Part shown: in pieces, positions 1 through 11,740 of the stretch
Position numbering within the stretch: the stretch's first letter is position 1
How the letters are laid out: every line of letters starts with the position of its first letter
Assembly: GCA_951406725.2 (NCBI GenBank)
Contig: OX597819.1
Location: 3,534,001 to 3,598,000, forward strand
Origin: Octopus vulgaris
Lineage: Eukaryota
Direction: 5' to 3'
Length of the DNA: 64,000 nucleotides
Program-made: the position numbers and the translations under genes
The notes under the pieces: generated by a model
The model's input: the letters and a program-made list of their open reading frames with translations, nothing else
The model's database searches: none
What the model was told of the DNA's origin: nothing

Positions 1-390
1 AAGATGATGCTGGGTTTACATCATGTTTTTTTCTCTAACTTGGCCTACTTGTTGCTTTATACTCTGAATGATATCTTGGATTTTTGCCGCGATTGGGTGC
101 TTGTAGCGTATAGAAAGGAAGGATACAAAGGCTCAACAAAGGCACATCTAATACGGATTCAGACAAATAACATAAGCATCGTATTTTGATATGATATTTG
201 TCAGGATACTTAACAGAGATAGTGTAGGTTGTCTCCACAAAATTTCGCGTATTTCGACCATTAAAATCTATTCTTCTTTTTATTGTAACATCGTATGAGA
301 TGAAAATAAGATTAAACGCCATCTTTAATGGCGGTTTTAACTTCTACTATATCAACTTTATTGTCTGCTCTCAATTTTTATCTGCTCTAG

Positions 391-651
391 TTATATGCAT
401 ATCATGAAAACAGTTTGCACCACACTCCCTTTATGCATAAACATCGTACAACTTAAATCCTCGAAGCTGCTACAAATGCCAAACTTAACAATCATTGTGA
501 TTATCTCTGCCACTTCCAAAACCGTTTTACAAAAAGTAGGATTCCTTGTCAGAGCCAGAAAACTGATCGCTACAAAGCATACAAAGCATAATCCACCTTT
601 GTGCATTGTTGATGCATCTAGGACAGTGTTACTGCTACACATACAAACATT
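391..651 (-). CDS. Terminal coding exon of a putative secreted Cys-rich saposin-like protein (gene A, exon 2)
   Basis: Pyrimidine-rich acceptor tttttatttgtttgtaacctag|AAT, phase 0. Open for 86 aa: NVCMCSSNTVLDASTMHKGGLCFVCFVAISFLALTRNPTFCKTVLEVAEIITMIVKFGICSSFEDLSCTMFMHKGSVVQTVFMICI*. AATAAA on the minus strand at 362-357. Shares CxxCF, C.SF..L.C and SV.QT with the exon at 29789-29496. Confidence 0.6.
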   Translation of the reverse strand, partial: NVCMCSSNTVLDASTMHKGGLCFVCFVAISFLALTRNPTFCKTVLEVAEIITMIVKFGICSSFEDLSCTMFMHKGSVVQTVFMICI

Positions 652-866
652 CTAGGTTACAAACAAATAAAAAATATCATTGCTTGTTAAAACCTTCCTA
701 TATATTGTTGACTAGAATTCTTAAAGAAATGTCTCCTTTACCGTTTTTACAATAACTTGTTTATCTCTCCCAGAAAGCTACGTATCACTTTTGCTCATCC
801 CAGCTTAATGTACATGCTTCTCTTCTAGATGTGACATCTAATTCGTCTTATTCTGGGTGAAACGAA

Positions 867-985
867 ATTTTGTTTTTAAAATCTATGGATCCCACCTACA
901 TCCGGAAATGAGATAATTAGGAAGATTCTTATATAGTTGCATGAGCTGCTATTAAGAGTAACCAAATATTTCTCATAGAATACCT
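867..985. repeat. Old dispersed repeat, homologous to 4085-4200
   Basis: tttttaaaatctatggatcccaccta...taattaggaagattcttatatagttgcat...aaccaaatatttctcata aligns with tttttaaatctatggtgctcaccta...taattaggaatattcttatatagctacat...gccaaatatttcgcata. Confidence 0.6.
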
Positions 986-1654
986 CCTTCAATTTTGGGA
1001 TAAATACCAACCCTACTTATCCCAAAACTGTCTATGAAAATCACTCTCTGGTTATACTTATTTTCTACGGCGAAAATTTAAGTAGAGTACCGCGTCTGTC
1101 TCATTAGATATGTAGAAAGGTCTCCATGAATTCCCATCAAATAATAAATGATCCTATACATGGAAACTTTTGGTCTTATTACCTTGCATTTTTGTACTAA
1201 GAAAAAATAAAACATGTGTAAGGGAAAAGTTTGAAATTTTGTTCCATAGTTTTTTCCTTAAATATGAGGTAAAATACTCCATAAATAGTAAATTACAACA
1301 ACCAGTATCTCGTCTGGATGATACTATCATGTGAGATCACTAATTCTTGTATTTATTAAATTACCGGTAGCTTAAGCGAGTTTCGTTCTCATTTCAATAA
1401 TATACTGTGGAACATATCAATAGAGTTTTTAGCTAGTATTTATGAAAGATAAATGGGAATTTATTATAACCAAATTTTTTCGAAGAATAATAGCGTAATT
1501 GTTGAAGTTAGTTGGTGTGAACCTGAAATTGAAGATGGACTTTGCTGTGTTTTTGATCGGAGTTTGCCTCTAAAATTTTTGCATCAAATCTAAAATCTAA
1601 AAATCTGTCAAGTAATGTGAATATTAAGTTCTGAATCCGATAGTGACTATATAC

Positions 1655-1835
1655 AATCCTTTCTACTACAGACAGAAGGTTTGAAATTTTAGGGGAGAGG
1701 ACTAGTCGATTATATCGACCCCTATGTTCAATTAGTGCTTATTTCATTAATCCGGCATGCATGAAAAGCAAAGTCGACCTCAGCAGAATTTGAACTCAGA
1801 GCGTAAAGACGGACGAAATGCCGCTTAACAATTTT
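1655..1835 (-). mobile_element. SINE family B (tRNA head plus conserved central domain), diverged copy
   Basis: Reverse complement of ...tctgagttcaaattctgctgaggtcgactttgcttttcat..., a motif repeated many times in the window. Confidence 0.8.
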
Positions 1836-1888
1836 CTCGCGCACGAGCACACACACACGCACGCGCACGCACACAGAGTATTATGTAT

Positions 1889-1987
1889 CCATTACGACCG
1901 ATCTTACCAATCGGTTTCGTACTAGAGGTTCAACGGAGTGTTAGGTAACTGCGTTTATGTAAACCTGCGCTCTTCAGTGATAGCCGT
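1889..1987 (-). ncRNA. Type I hammerhead ribozyme motif, slightly degenerate
   Basis: Minus strand: CUAUCA CUGAAGA GCGC-AGGUUUA...UGAACCU-CUA-GUAC GAAA CCGAU-uggUaag-AUCGG UC (G)UAAUGG. Helix III is perfect; helices I and II carry mismatches. Confidence 0.65.
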
Positions 1988-2187
1988 TATGAAACAAAAT
2001 ATAGCGACTGCTCTCTATTGTTGGAGGGGAATAGACACATCCGGTTTGTGATTGCTGTGAAAAAGATGATGAAAAGAATGGATCAGGAGATTAAGTTAAG
2101 AGTTATGTCCCTTGGTGCCAAGAACGTCATCACTGGAGGTGGTTTTGTTGCAAATCGGCGAGAGCTTTCTGGAAAAGAGTTTGAGAA

Positions 2188-2227
<40 letters not shown>

Positions 2228-2231
2228 ATAT

Positions 2232-2324
2232 ATGTTTTTGATCTAGTTTGTATTCTTTGCCATCAAATTTGAATTCTTTGCAAACAAATTTGATTGCAAA
2301 GAATCCAAACTAGATCGGAAACAT
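2232..2324. repeat. Inverted repeat (40-bp arms, 13-nt loop), MITE-like hairpin
   Basis: atgtttttgatctagtttgtattctttgccatcaaatttg versus the reverse complement of 2285-2324: 36/40 identical. Flanked by TA repeats. Confidence 0.8.
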
Positions 2325-2449
2325 CTATATATATATAATCAAAATAAGCAACAAGTATATCCGAGGTAGAGTAGTACACTTGTTTCACGCTACTCGATTT
2401 TATTAAACACTGTAAGTATTACATCACTGTAATACTATATATATTTTAT

Positions 2450-2802
2450 TTTATTTTTATTTTATTTTATCTAGTTTCAGCTCACGAGCTGTGGCCATGC
2501 TGGGGCACCGCCATTTGGTGTTGCTACATGATTTTACTTCACGAAGGCTTTCTAGCAACTGCCATTTGGTGCATGAGAGAGTTCGATGCAGCTGCCCTCA
2601 TCTGCACCTCCTGCCGTGAAGTTGGTTCATCCGGGACACCTGACAGAAAGAGATCCAGTCCTACTTTAAAGACATCCGCATCCACCCCATGCAGGTCCCT
2701 CAGGTTCTTCGGGAGGATATTGAAGAGCTGTGGGCCTCTGAAGCCCAGTATCTATCACAGTATCTTGTCCTACATCTTGATGGCAAATTTGGAGTCCTTG
2801 GC
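2450..2802 (-). mobile_element. CR1/L2-type LINE, 3' end
   Basis: Translates to ...[42 protein letters not shown]...[11 protein letters not shown]. Followed by the tail ggcggtgccccagcatggccacagctcgtgagctgaaactag and (ATAAA)n. Confidence 0.85.
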
Positions 2803-3188
2803 ATATATATATACGTATATATATATGTATATATATATGTATATATATATGTATGTATATATATATATGTATATATATATGTATGTATATATGTATGTAT
2901 ATATATATGTATGTATATATATATTTATGTATATATATATATATATTTATGTATATATATATATATTTATTATATATATATATATTTATGTATATATATA
3001 TATTTATGTATATATATATTTATATATATATATATATTTATGTATATATATATATATTTATGTATGTATATATATATATTTATGTATGTATATATATATA
3101 TTTATGTATGTATATATATATATTTATGTATATATATATATATATTTATGTATATATATATATATATTTATGTATATATATATATATT

Positions 3189-3219
<31 letters not shown>

Positions 3220-3377
3220 ATATTTATGTATATATATATATATATTTATGTATATATATATATATATTTATGTATATATATATTTATGTATATATATATT
3301 TATGTATATATATATTTATGTATATATATATTTATGTATATATATATTTATGTATATATATATGTATGTATATATAT
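2803..3377. repeat. ~570-bp compound (TA)n satellite with recurrent TATTTATG interruptions
   Basis: Direct reading. Source of the spurious YIYIY ORFs. Confidence 0.95.
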
Positions 3378-3598
3378 ACTCTTTTAATCTTTACTCTTTT
3401 ACTTGTTTCAGTCATTTGACTGCGGCCATGCTGGAGCACCGCCTTTAGTCGATCATTTCGACCCCGGAACTTATTCTTTGGAAGCCCAGTACTTATTCTA
3501 TCGGTCTCTTTTGCCGAACCGCTAAGTGACGGGGACGTAGACACACCAGCATCGGTTGTCAAGCAATGCTAGGGGGACAAACACAGACACACAAACAT

Positions 3599-3629
<31 letters not shown>

Positions 3630-3832
3630 CATATATACGACAGGCTTCTTTCAGTTTCCGTCTACCAAATCCACTCACAAGGCATTGGTCGGCCCGGGGC
3701 TATATCAGAAGACACTTGCCCAAGATGCCACGCAGTGGGACTGAACCCGCAACCATGTGGTTGGTTAGCAAGCTACTTACCACACAGCCACTCCTGCGCC
3801 TATAGCCACTCCTGCGCCTATAGCCACTCCTG
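3378..3832 (-). mobile_element. SINE family A (tRNA head, CORE-like domain, internal microsatellite, LINE-like tail)
   Basis: Reverse complement of ggcgcaggagtggctgtgtggtaag...gcatcttgggcaagtgtcttc...aaaggcggtgctccagcatggccgcagtcaaatgactgaaac. The 5' head is triplicated. Confidence 0.92.
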
Positions 3833-5092
3833 TATATATACATACATTTATATAAATAAATATATATATAATCTACTGTTGGCTGCTCGTTGACTACGAG
3901 AAAACGTATTCTCACAATACTTACATCCCCACCAAAGTCTTTTTTGCAATAATGAGTGGAATTTTCAGTTTAATATTGCAGACATTTTTTTCATTATCTC
4001 ATAAGTTACTGCTTTTTCCTTCTTCCCTTATTTGTTAGTTGGGACGGCCAACACCCTTCATCCGAAATATCGTATTATTCTGAAGTTTTATTTTTAAATC
4101 TATGGTGCTCACCTATTTCAGAAATTAAGTTAATTAGGAATATTCTTATATAGCTACATTAATTACTATTAATAACAGCCAAATATTTCGCATAAGACAT
4201 CTTAATATCTTAAACAAAGCGAAGACATTAATCATTTGGTTAATGTAGGGATGGTCACTGCTGAAGTGTCTTTAATTATATGCTTGCTCAATTAGAACTA
4301 GCCTAGAGCTAAGCAACAACAACAACAACCATTAAGAGATTATTAGAGTAAATGGACAGAATATATTTAATAGAAATGCGAAAGAAGAGACTCCCAAGGC
4401 TCTACTACTGCTGCTGCTGCTGCTGTTGTTACTGCAGGCTAACGTTAAAAGATTTATTTTCTTTCCGATTCCAAGAGACGGAGGAGGAGGCTGGGATCAA
4501 GTACCTCATTCACACTGGTACTGAATCACACTTCGGTATTGTTGCAAGGAACATAATCTTAATAGGCAATATATTTTCATTTAAACGTAGAAAATAAGGT
4601 TCATTATCAAAAGCTATATCACACTATTTGTAAATATCGCGTTATAATTTGCTGAGAAGTATATAACATTACACGGAAATTTAAAACTGTTCTCGCTCTC
4701 TAACATATACACACATACATATACACAAACATATGAATGTAAGTGTGTGAGTATGTGTATGAGTGCGTTTGTTTATAGGTGCGTGTTTCTATGTACTCAT
4801 AAATACCCGTATTTATATATGAATATATTTTTTGCTCATAAATTATATGTAATATAAGAAAAAACATATGTATGTAATATTACATCTACACAAAAGCAGG
4901 TAATAAGAAATGAAAAAAATACAGTTAATATATAATTTGGGTGATAATATATACATAGGAAATTCTTTGTAAATATTGTGGGTGTCTGACTTTTTTAGAA
5001 TGAATGCATTTTATCTAGGAGGAAACCACTGTCTGGACTTGTTGGCGCCAACACATTTTCAGATACTTATGATCTTAAGAAAAGTCTAACAC

Positions 5093-5182
5093 CTTTCCTT
5101 TTCTTCTGATGTGAGAAAAGCCATATGCCCTACATGATGACCATAACAGTAAGGAAATGAACATCAAAGGAGAGGACAACAT
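5093..5182 (-). CDS. First coding (signal-peptide) exon of gene A
   Basis: Acceptor tttccttgtcag|aATG. Encodes MLSSPLMFISLLLWSSCRAYGFSHIRRKGK: hydrophobic core, small residues near a plausible cleavage site, basic cluster. Donor AAG|gtgtta is phase 0 and matches the acceptor phase at 651, but is weak at +3 to +6. Confidence 0.55.
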
Positions 5183-5196
5183 TCTGACAAGGAAAT

Positions 5197-5227
<31 letters not shown>

Positions 5228-5673
5228 ATATACAGACAACATATATATATATATATATATATAAAGAGAGGGAGTGAGGAAGAGAGAGAAGAAGAGAAAG
5301 TGATGCGTCGTTGATTTTATAACACACAAAGTAAACTGGAATTTTACTCTCTTCACGTTTCAGTACATATTTTACCAAATTCATATTCTACACACGACAC
5401 TAGATAATAACCAACAGTTGAAGCTTGAAGTATAATGTACATCATATGTTCAATTCATGTCTACTCTGAGAAATCGTCTGATTCGAAATAATAAATATCC
5501 ATCAAACAAATTTGAATATTATGAAATCATTTTCCTTACTAGCTTAATTTCATTGGTTGAATTTGCCAAATAACTTATGTGATGGAGACGTTAACTCATA
5601 ATTAAGCACCAATGAATTTAAAGTTTCGTTTAAAATAATATTTTTATGGTTCTCATTTTTTAAATTCACATAT

Positions 5674-5859
5674 GCGCAGGCGTGGCTGTGAGGATAAGAA
5701 TCTTGCTTCCCAAGCATGTGGTCTTAGGTTCAGTTCCATTACGCAGCACTTTGGGCAGCTGTCTTTTAATTTTGTCCTGGCCGGTCAAAGGTTTGTGAGT
5801 GGATTTGATAGACGAAAACTGAAAGAAGCGCATCGTATATATAGACACACGCACACACA

Positions 5860-5899
<40 letters not shown>

Positions 5900-6090
5900 A
5901 CACACACTTATGTATGTGTGTGTTTGTCGCCCATCACCGCTCGTCGGTTTGTTTACGTCCCCGTAATTTAGCAGTTCGGCAAAATTATCCGATAGAATAA
6001 GTACGAGGCTTAAAAATAAATAGATAAATATTGGGTTCGATCTGTTCGACTAAATTCTTCAAGGAAACATCCCAGCATAGCTACCGTATA
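5674..6090 (+). mobile_element. SINE family A, older copy
   Basis: gcgcaggcgtggctgtgagg...ttgggcagctgtc...gatagaataagtac. Confidence 0.85.
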
Positions 6091-6140
6091 ATGTAAGATA
6101 AACACCTCTATATATACGTTCAAACACATGCATATATACA

Positions 6141-6175
<35 letters not shown>

Positions 6176-6177
<2 letters not shown>

Positions 6178-6584
6178 CGCAGGAGTGGCTGTGTGGTAAG
6201 TAGCTTGCTAACCAACCACATGGCTCAGGGTTCAGTCCCACTGCGTGGCATCTTGGGCAAGAGTCTTCTGCTATACCCCCGGGCCGACCAATGCCTTGTG
6301 AGTGGATTTGGTAGACGGAAACTGAAAGAAGCCTGTCGTATATATATATATATATATATGTGTATGTGTTTGTGTGTCTGTATCTGTGTTTGTCCCCCTA
6401 GCATTGCTTGACAACCGATGCTGGTGTGTTTACGTCCCCGTCACTTAGCGGTTCGGCAAGAGAGACCGATAGAATAAGTACTGGGCTTACAAAGAATAAG
6501 TCCCGAGGTCGATTTGCTCGACTAAAGGCGGTGCTCCAGCATGGCCGCAGTCAATTGACTGGAACAAGTAAAAGAGTAAAAGAG
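6176..6584 (+). mobile_element. SINE family A, young full-length copy
   Basis: Complete from head to tail, near-identical to 3378-3800 in opposite orientation, embedded in (TA)n. Confidence 0.92.
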
Positions 6585-6877
6585 ATATATACACACACAT
6601 ATGTATATATATGTACCTGTTTGTATCTGAAACAACCTCAGCGGAATGGCTGCAGACTTGGCCAGTAAGCATTTCAAATCCTCTGTTATTTCGATGTAAA
6701 TTTTTTATCAGTTGTCATACCAGGCGACATTAATCTCAGGGCTGTTCCTGAGAAAAAAGTGAATGTGTATGTGGAAACAAATGTGTGTATGTATGTATGT
6801 ATGTATGTATGTATGTATGCACGTATGCATGCATGCATGTATGCACGTATGCATGTATGCACGTATGCATGTATATA

Positions 6878-7657
6878 CACAGACATGACAGAAGTATATA
6901 GACACCTTTATAATCGTTAAAATGTATTTAAATCTGAAATTATACGTTCAAATTATTTATTAATTATGATAATATGAACATCTAATATTTAGTAGACGTG
7001 CCCTTTGCATTTTTCAATGCAAGGACCCTATTAGGCATGTTACTGTTCAGATGACGAATATTCTCTTGTGGAATTTCTTGCCAAGTTTCATGCAGTAATC
7101 TCAAAAGATCTGGCTTTGAGGATGCTTTCTTATTTTTACGAAGTGTCCTGTCAATTATACCCAAGAAGAGTTCAATAGAATTCATATCTAGTGACTGGCT
7201 TGGTCATGGAATCTTTTTAATGCCATTCTCTTCCAACCAATCTTGGGTCTTTTTAGCCTTGTGACAAAGAGCCCCATCTTCCATAAATAATCTTCTCTTA
7301 TCATTTCGCCACCGGAGAAGATTGGAAGAATTCCTTTCTGTAATATAGACACATATTTATCTGAATTTATGTTCCCCTCACTCTCAACAAGCTCTGATGG
7401 ACCATTGCTCCAAATTGCTCCCCAGACCATCACAGAATAATCGCTGTGCTTCATTGTTGGCTGCAATTTTCTAACGTCAATACGGCCTCTTTGAAATTCG
7501 AGCAGTTACAAAGCTTCTTTTGTATATGGCATGATTAAACAGTAACATATAGAACCTGAAACATAAAGATGTAAATTAATAAGAAATATAAACTGTTCCA
7601 AGATAAAATGAACATAAAACAAAGTTTTATAGGGTGTCTATTTACTTCTGTCATGTC
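6878..7657 (-). mobile_element. Internally deleted Tc1-like (DD34E) transposon
   Basis: TIR gacatgacagaagtatatagacacc at ~6882 and its inverse at 7628-7657. Frameshifted catalytic half: SVMVWGAIWSNG...MEDGALCHKAK...WPSQSLDMNSIE...SNMPNRVLALKNAKGTSTKY*. Confidence 0.9.
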
Positions 7658-7819
7658 ACACAAATATAGACCGGTGAAATCTACAAGTTTTTTTCCCCAT
7701 TCTTTCTCTGGTTATTTTCTCTTCCTTTCTGTTGAAGAGCATATATTTTGTACTGTCGTTACTGTCCTGTTTTTGTTACCATTTTTACCCCTCTGCAAAA
7801 AGATCTCAAATTTTATTTG

Positions 7820-8045
7820 ATTTGCTTTTCGCAGGAAGGAAAGTTTCTATCGAAGATGCGTATCGCCTTCACCTTCGAAACGCAGAGTAGATGAAACCAT
7901 GGCGACTGAAGAAGGGGAATTTTCCTTGTTATTTGTCCTGTACTCTATTTTTTCGTTGTTTAAGAAAAATGTCCAGTTCCTTGTTTTTGTGTTTGTTTCC
8001 GTTTCTCATTGTGTTCAACGTTTTTTGGTGTCCTGTACCCATATA
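7820..8045 (+). repeat. Unclassified repeat ending in (TA)n, possibly a Penelope-type LTR piece
   Basis: T-rich tail running into a TA microsatellite. Contains gaagatg...caccttc-gaaac, reminiscent of a decayed ribozyme region. Confidence 0.3.
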
Positions 8046-8076
8046 TGCGTGTATATATACATGTAGAGGTAGGTAC

Positions 8077-8131
<55 letters not shown>

Positions 8132-8216
8132 TATGTTTTATTTATTAATACATTATATGACGGAACGCACGCATCCATTTCTAAGTAAGATTGTTCTTGA
8201 TATATATATATATATA

Positions 8217-8522
8217 AGCACTCCGTCGGTTAGGTCGACGAGGGTCACAGCTGATACGATCAACGGAATAGCTTGCTCGTGAAATTAACGTGCAAGTGGC
8301 TGAGCACTCTACACACACGTGTACCCTTAACGTAGTTCTCAGGGAGCTTAAGCTTGACAAGGCCGGTCCTCTGAAATACAGGTCCTACTTATTTTTACCA
8401 GCTGAGTGGACTAAATAAAGTGAAATAAAGTGTCTTGCTCAAGGACACAACGCATCGCCGGTAATTGAACTCACGACCTAATGATCGTGAACCGAATGCC
8501 CTAACCACTAAGCCACATGCCT

Positions 8523-8523
<1 letters not shown>
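8217..8523 (-). mobile_element. SINE family C (tRNA head, CORE-like domain)
   Basis: Reverse complement of aaggcatgtggcttagtggttagggcattcgg...gagttcaattacc...gtgtccttgagcaagacacttt. Same head at 40956 and 41200. Confidence 0.85.
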
Positions 8524-8572
<49 letters not shown>

Positions 8573-8573
8573 T

Positions 8574-8711
8574 CCCAGGTGATCTGGAACTAAATTCTGT
8601 TTTTAAATGTCTCGCTTCGAGAATTGCATTCGGTACGATTTGTTTACTTTTGGTAGTTATGACTTTAAAAGTCCCTACTAGCGTGTGGCATTTATGTGTA
8701 ATAATGCCCTC
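8574..8711 (+). mobile_element. 5'-truncated copy of the hammerhead-bearing element at 36864-37247
   Basis: caggtgatc...aaatgtctcgcttcgagaattgcattcggtacgat...tagcgtgtggcatttatgtgtaataatgccctc matches 37112-37247. Flanked by (TA)n. Confidence 0.85.
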
Positions 8712-8717
8712 TATATA

Positions 8718-8772
<55 letters not shown>

Positions 8773-8849
8773 GTTCATTATTAGCAACGGAAGCCGTATA
8801 AATAACCAAAATAAGAATGTAATCTTTATATCCAACTTAACATGGACGT

Positions 8850-9200
8850 CCCATGACGTCTTGTGGCACTAAAACTGCTTCCATTGTTAATAATGAATTT
8901 TTAATAAGCTTACTGGCTATTTGCGACATCAGTGCCCGAAATGAAGCTGATATTCAACGTAACATCGAGAATTGAATGGTATGCAGTGACCAGTTGCTTC
9001 CAACCATGATACATAATAGAATAAAATCACGTGATATAGTATTTCCGGTGCCTACAGCAGACGAGAATCGTCTGCTACGATCTATGAGTGATATGCTTTT
9101 ATGCGCTCAGCGCATATATGAAAGGATCTCATATAAGTATTCTAGCAAGACATCCATATTAAGTAAGATATACAGATTAGTTTTTTACCCATGTATTCGT
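8850..9200 (+). mobile_element. Highly decayed RTE-type reverse transcriptase fragment
   Basis: ISARNEADIQRNIEN*MVCSDQL...IVFPVP resembles the RTE segment after the FADD motif (A.SEA.MQ..D.F..AC..FGLTI...QP.P). Confidence 0.35.
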
Positions 9201-9722
9201 CAAAAATGGTAAAGTATTAGATATGACAAATACGTGGGCAGTGAAGTCCGTTTTGAGAAATTTAAGACAGAGTGAACCTGGAAAGGAAGATAAGACTTAG
9301 AAGATAAAAAAATAAGAATAAGATTGGGAGGAATGAGTTCAAGAGAAGTGGAAAATGAACAGTTTGAGATAGGAGAGAGCTTTGTCGGGCAGTTTTGTGA
9401 CCAGTAGAAAGCTTATTAATATCAGTATATGTATTCATGTCTCTATAAACATACCAATATTCGACATTAGCTTTGTGGCAGGTAAATTTTCAGACATAGG
9501 TACACACATATATAGTGTAGACGAATACGAATTGTAGGTACGCAGGAATAATAGAAATGAAGTTGCTAGCTCGCATGTGCTCATACACACGCACGCAGTC
9601 ATATAATAGTGCATGATCTCGCACCATGCAATATGCTTGGATGACACCACTACGCATACAATATATATTCACTGGCGAATGTATATATATGTATACATAT
9701 ACATACATACATACATATATAT

Positions 9723-10110
9723 CGTTGCTATTATGTTAAACTGTCGTATGTCCAATTTGTCGTATGTCCAAATGCGTTTTTTCAGTATTTATTTATGCTT
9801 GTAATAGCCGGTACTTTTGGTCAAACTATCGTTTCTCCACCTGCTTCAGATGCCAAGATATGAAAATTGTCAACGGTTTAGAATTTTTCAAGTGTTGTAA
9901 GTCCCACATACGACAGTGTTGCAAAAATATTTCTAAGTGAAAATATCATACATGTATGGAGTTAGGGTTTTATCCACCCTACAGAGTATTATTATTATTA
10001 TTAAGCTGAACCTGTTGCTAATCTAAAAAGAAATGGAATGGTGAAACTATTTCTTCGGTTTCTGAAAAAGCAACGTTTTGGACTTACGATACTTTTCCAT
10101 AATAGCAACA
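9723..10110. mobile_element. Non-autonomous TIR element (MITE), possibly Sola-like
   Basis: Left end cgttgctattatgttaaactgtcgtatgtccaa; right end in reverse complement tgttgctattatggaaaagtatcgtaagtccaa. ATAT on both flanks. Confidence 0.7.
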
Positions 10111-11539
10111 ATATGTATATAGCCTTAAGTTCACGTGCATACACATAAAAATATTCTTAATTCTTACGAAAACATTCTTCTTCTAAAAGTATATACCTAC
10201 ATCTAAACACAGAATAGTCCATATGCAAATATATATTTATCAGAAAAATCAGTTCGTACGCATACATACAAAAAGAAAACTCCCTATTTTACTAAGACCT
10301 GAAATTTTAAAGGAAAGGGCTTGTTGCTTATATCCACCCTACTGCTCGACCCGAAAGAATGAAGGACAAAGTTGACCTCGGGGAAATTTGAACTCAAAAT
10401 GTAAAGCTGGCGTGCTAACAATTCTGATAGCTTACTGCTCGTCAAATTTTGCTAATAATAAAAGCAATCTTTTCTAATGCAGATCTACATTAGTTTCCTC
10501 GGATTTGAAGTGTGTGTGTGTGTGTGTGTGCGTGTGCGCGCGTTTGCGTTTATGTGTGAATACGCGAAAGTATACATACCTATATGATTGATATACGAAA
10601 TTCGTATATTATGTATGTATATACACACACTTGCCAACAGGAAGATTGATATAGAGATTAACAATATTGTACACTCCTCGAATTTTATATGTATATACAC
10701 ACATTGGTTTATGACTGCTACATACAAATAATAAAGGTTAAGTGGTTAGCATTAAAACTTTATTTCAGAGAATATGACAGATAACATAGACGCCACCCTG
10801 CAAATAGAATCTCTTATTAGCAAAGAGTGCTAATAAGATATTCTATTTGTAGGATAAACTGCAATTTTTTACAAGCCTACAGCCTTGCAGGAAAATGTTA
10901 TTGCAATTAGATTAAAAAGAAGTGAGCCAAAATTTATAGTTTCATAAAATGAAATGTTATCTAAACAATGGATTGCTTTATGGTTGGAATTGCTTTGGCG
11001 AGCGATTAACCAACGATTAGAGTGGTTAATTTAGCTGGTGGGATACGTATCGAGGAAGGAATGACATATTAATCTGGATGTTTTGTTGTTGGTAGGGTTT
11101 AATGTTTTTGCTTAATTTGTTGTGAGGAAGTTGAAATGATAACGAAATAAGTAGTTTGCAAAGTTAACGCTACACACTGTCCCTGTGATACATTAGCAAC
11201 CCACATAACTGTCAAATGTGAGGGAATGTGACTTAGTGGTTTGGGTGCACGTGACTTAATGAGCGTACATGGCTTTGTAGTTCTCACTCATGATCGTGAG
11301 TACGTGGGTTCGATTTTCGCACCGGGCGGTGTGTTGTGTTCTCGAGCAAAACACTTTATCTCACTCTGTGATCATTTCGACATCTGACATATGGTACATT
11401 GATTTGATGGCTTATGAGCATCATAAACATTTGATCACTACAGACAATTCCAAATAATTTTTCTATCAAGTTATTTTGCAAGAAATTGCAGAACCGTCTT
11501 CCTCGGACTCCAAAGACTACCATTAACTCTCAAATATAA

Positions 11540-11740
11540 GGCAACGAGCTGGTAGAATCATTAGCACGTTGGACAAAATGCGTAGCGGCGTTTTTTCCAG
11601 ATCTTTATGTTCTGAGTGCAAATTCCCTCCGAAGTCAACTTTGTTTTACATCCTTTCGGGATTCCATAAAATAAAGTACAGTCAAGTACTGGGGTCGATG
11701 TAATCAACTTGTCCCCTCCCCTAAAAACTGTTGGTCTTGA
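11540..11740 (+). mobile_element. SINE family B, old copy (further old copies at ~10295-10440, 33290-33470, 40000-40205, 45438-45650, 62905-63060)
   Basis: ggcaacgagctggtagaatcattagcacg...catcctttcggg...actggggtcgatgtaatc. Confidence 0.8.

Noticed and set aside
4-189. LNDILDFCRDWVL as an RT-like remnant or gene
   Set aside because: A single weak motif with no supporting neighbours; lies in the presumed 3' region of gene A on the other strand.
2528-3448. Longest ORFs in the track (306, 232 and 188 aa), and all other YIYI/CVCV/MYVC/HTHT/poly-N ORFs
   Set aside because: Translations of stop-free microsatellites plus antisense LINE/SINE sequence; not genes.
7845-7930. Possible hammerheads (ctatcgaagatg...cgaaacgca; ctgaagaagggg)
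   Set aside because: The first has a broken core and no UH triplet; the second lacks GAAA and helix III.
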